DNA of 64,000 bases, from NCBI GenBank assembly GCA_951406725.2, contig OX597817.1, positions 146,568,001-146,632,000 of the forward strand, read 5' to 3'. Under the pieces are notes generated by a model. It made no database searches and was not told the DNA's origin. It worked only from the letters and a program-made list of their open reading frames with translations. The stretch is from Octopus vulgaris (lineage: Eukaryota). Of this stretch, positions 60,581 to 64,000 are shown piece by piece (the stretch's first letter is position 1; each line of letters begins with the position of its first letter). Both the position numbers and the translations under genes were made by a program.

Positions 60581-61069
60581 TTTAGTTCATTTTTTTCTTT
60601 GTGCATCCATAGTTAACAATGAATACATATAGAATTTAAACCTATTCTATTTTTTTTTATGCATTCCCTGGGAAGCAGCAGGGGACCCTGATTATTTTCA
60701 TCATCAACCCCTGGATATTCTGACTTCAATTGTAGGACTCAGGGGGCTGGTTACCTGGTTTCCATGGCATGTACGTGACCAAGATCACAACATTTCTCTT
60801 GAACAGGACATCAGTCCATCACAGGTTTACTCATTTTGAGGATGAATGAAGCCAGCTCAACCCACCCCAGGTGAATGCTGTCTCAAGACACTAACTGGAG
60901 CAAGGGGAAATAAAGTGTTTTGCTCAAGAACACAATGCATCACCCAGTCTGGGAATTGAAACAATGACCTTGTGATTATGAGGGCAACACCCTAACTTCC
61001 AGTTCACTACTTGCTAAAACTAATCCTTGCCTTCCTTTTTTGTTATTTCTGTTTTCTTATCTATTTCAG

Positions 61070-61155
61070 ATATTGACTTATTTTGAACTGCTGAAGAGAT
61101 CAGACGATGGTTGGAAACTCTGTATTACTGCCTTTACTTGTGGCAAATACAACAG
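61070..61155 (+). CDS. XPOT: Exportin-T second coding exon (ILTYFELLKRSDDGWKLCITAFTCGKYN); gene continues beyond the window
   Basis: Long polypyrimidine tract with CAG, in frame with exon 1; aligns with human ALAYFEQLKISPDAWQVC as recalled. Confidence 0.85.
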
Positions 61156-61816
61156 GTCAGTCTGTAAATAACATTGTATTGACTTGTTTGAATTCCTGTG
61201 TGTGTGTTTCAGTGCAAAATTAGTTTGCTTATGAAAGCTTTACATAACTATAAGATGGGTGTTATGTTAGAATGATTGTTGCTTCTAGAGATTGGAATTT
61301 TGTGAATGTCTTAAAAAATGTCTTTAAATATATTTTTGAGAAAGACGGCGAGCTGGCAGAAACGCTAGTGCGCCGGGCGAAATTCTTAGCAGTATTTCGT
61401 CTGTCTTTACATTCTGAGTTCGAGGTCGACTTTGCCTTTCATCCTTTTGGGGTCGATAAATTAAGTGCCAGTTACGCTCTGGGGTCGATGTAATTGACTT
61501 AATCCCTTTGTCTGTCCTTGTTTGTCCCCTCTATGTTTAGCCCCTTGTGGGCAGTAAAGAAATATATATTTTTGAGGATTATTCTGCCAGATAAGGAACC
61601 TAAAAGATTAGGACAATGAAACTTGAAATTAAACTTGTGCTTGTTAATAAATTTATAATTCTAGAGACAAGAATAAAGAAGTTTGAGCAGAATAGTGTGC
61701 GAATTTAAGTATCTGTCGTTACTTGATGAGAAAATGAAGGGTTGGGTCTGACATTTTAGGCTTTGTCTTCTTTATCAAAAAAGAGAAACAAAAATTCTGT
61801 GTGTCCATAAGTTATA

Positions 61817-62245
61817 TCATCACCATCGTTTAATGTCCGTTTTCCATGCTAGCATGGGTTGGACGGTTTGACTGGGGTCTGGGAAGCCAGGAGGCTGCAC
61901 CAGGCTCCAGTCTGATCTGGCAGTGTTTTTACAGCTGGATGCCCTTCCTAACGCCAACCACTCCGTGAGTGTAGTGGATGCTTTTTACGTGCCACTAGCA
62001 CAGGTGCCAGGGGAGGCTGGCAACGGCCATGATCGGTTGGTACTTTTTATGTGCCACTGGCACAGGTGCCAGGGTAGGCTGGCAAAAGCCACGATCGGTT
62101 GGTGCTTTTTACGTGCCACTGGCACAGGTGCCAGGGTAGGCTGGCAATGGCCACGATTGGTTGGTGCTTTTTACGTGCCACCGGCACAGGTGCCAGGGTA
62201 GGCTGGCAACGGCCACAATCAGTTGGTGCTTTTTATGTGCCACCA
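61817..62245 (-). mobile_element. RTE 3'-tail copy with homogeneous ~62-bp tandem units
   Basis: Four or more near-identical units at 61975-62245. Confidence 0.85.
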
Positions 62246-64000
62246 GATATATTTCAACCACAAAATGCTGAACTTTTTCTCTCTTCCTTGATGAAGGGTC
62301 TGCAAATATTGGATCTCTTCATTTTGTCAGTAATTTATTTGAACTACCACACTGGATTATTTACTGTCAGTACAAACTTATGCTGGTTTACTTGGTATTT
62401 TTAACTATTTCAAGACAGTGACTCATTTTCTTTTGTGCTTTACATTTCACTAGCTGTGTATAAAATCAAGATATAAAAAAGCATGATACACTATTTACAA
62501 AGAAGAGAATAAAATGTTCTTAGGAATGGAATGTAGTAGTTCATTATTGAGAATTTCACTGGTCAGGCTAGTGAGGTCATTGAAAAGGATTATAATAAAA
62601 AAAAAAGCTATCATTGTGAGGGGAGCACTGTCTGTAAACAGGACTGGCTCTAGGGTTACTGGGACCTTAAGCTTGTACAAACTGATGGTTGTGGAAGTTT
62701 CCTTGTCTTTGGCGCCCTGGACGACTGCTTGAGTTGCCAGTACCTTGAGCTGGCCCTGTATGCAAAGTCATGTTTTTATTTTTCTTGCAAATTTAAAAAT
62801 ATGTTTTTAATGTTACTAAAAATGGTAGGGTTTTATCACAAACAGGTTTGTTGATTACACAACAGCATCTTTTTAACATTTTTTCATATCTTTTGAGTCT
62901 GGGAGATTTGCATCTTTGCATACAAAATGATTCCAGACTATTCTTCCACGATAAGGATAGCTGAATTTATTAAATTTTGTTATTGCATAACTATTACATT
63001 AGAATGTTACCCTAGAATACTTTGTTGGATGTTAGTGAATATTCTTTATAAATTTATCCTGAACGCATTTTGGTGTAGAGTTATGATAAACTTTGAACAT
63101 TAGTCTCAAGTGAGCAACCAAATTCACTTTGAACAATGGTTTGTCTTCAGTCACTTCACATTACTCATCATTTTCCATGCTGGTATGGGTTGGGCAGTTT
63201 GATAGGATCTGGCAAGCTGCAGGGCTGGATTGAGCATAATTTCTAAGGCTGGATATCCTTCCTAATACCAACCATTTTATTGTGTGTACTGGGTGGATTT
63301 TTCATGATACCAGCACCAGTGGGATTTTCAGGTAACTCACAAGACAGAAAAAGCTCTTTGACTAAGTGAGGGAGTATCTGAGAAAAGGGGTGGCTTTATG
63401 CCTGGTGTTGATAGGCTAAAGTATGATAGAGGGACAAGCACAGGTGTTTTGGTATGAAATGAAGTAGATGTTAATGTCACTGAAGAGTGGTTGTCCATTT
63501 ATGTATCAGTTGTAGAACATCTTTGATTGGTCGATCTTGTATCCAAAAGGAATTGATCAGTAAAGTTCTGTTTTTTTTTTTTAGTTTCTTGGATAATAAT
63601 GATAATAGTAATGATTTCAAATTTTGGTACAAAGCCTGTATGTTTGGGGGAGGGTATAAGTTGATTACATTGACCCCAGTTTTCAACTGGCTCTTATTTC
63701 ATTGACCCTGAAAAGATAATAGGCAAAGTTGACGTTGGCGGAATTTGAACTGAGACCATAGAGACGGACAAAATGCTGCTAAGCATTTTATCAGGCATGG
63801 TAACAATTCTGCCAGCTTGCCACCATAATAATAATGATAATAATGCAGTACCAGGCAGTGGCTCTCATGGCTTCTGATCTTAACTGATTGGAAGTGTTAT
63901 CATGTACATTGTTTTGTCTTGGTTATGAAAGCTGGGCTACAGCAAATATTCTGCTCAATATTCAGATTTGCTTGTCAGTTGACTATGTCCCTTAGTGGTT

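Noticed and set aside
61975-62245. CRISPR-like repeat/spacer appearance (also 6500-6822)
   Set aside because: The 'spacers' are homologous to each other, the array is part of a LINE 3'UTR, the context is eukaryotic and there are no cas genes
3175-62404. Recurrent short ORFs containing [12 protein letters not shown]
   Set aside because: Antisense translations of the non-coding RTE tail, with inconsistent starts and stops

Overview
AT-rich, repeat-dense eukaryotic genomic DNA. The repeat content ((TA)n tracts, tRNA-head SINEs, RTE tails) resembles octopus/cephalopod DNA; this organism call is an inference. Three spliced genes can be read directly. (1) ACAD9-type acyl-CoA dehydrogenase, + strand, 17 coding exons from 6063 to the stop at 44329; the N-terminal exon(s) appear to lie upstream of the window. 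(2) A complete RPL18A, - strand, 5 exons, 176 aa, 45219..51772, with a TCT/5'TOP start. (3) The first two coding exons of exportin-T (XPOT), + strand, head-to-head with RPL18A. The RPL18A introns hold four candidate box H/ACA snoRNAs (two duplicated pairs), a 190-bp inverted duplication next to a splice donor and a 16-bp perfect hairpin. The ACAD9 introns carry a young 5'-truncated RTE LINE whose RT ORF includes a PHD-like finger, about 20 RTE 3'-tail copies with arrays of pseudoknot-like units, several SINE families, mariner/hAT/piggyBac/Helitron-type elements and long palindromes. Repeat boundaries are approximate (read by eye).
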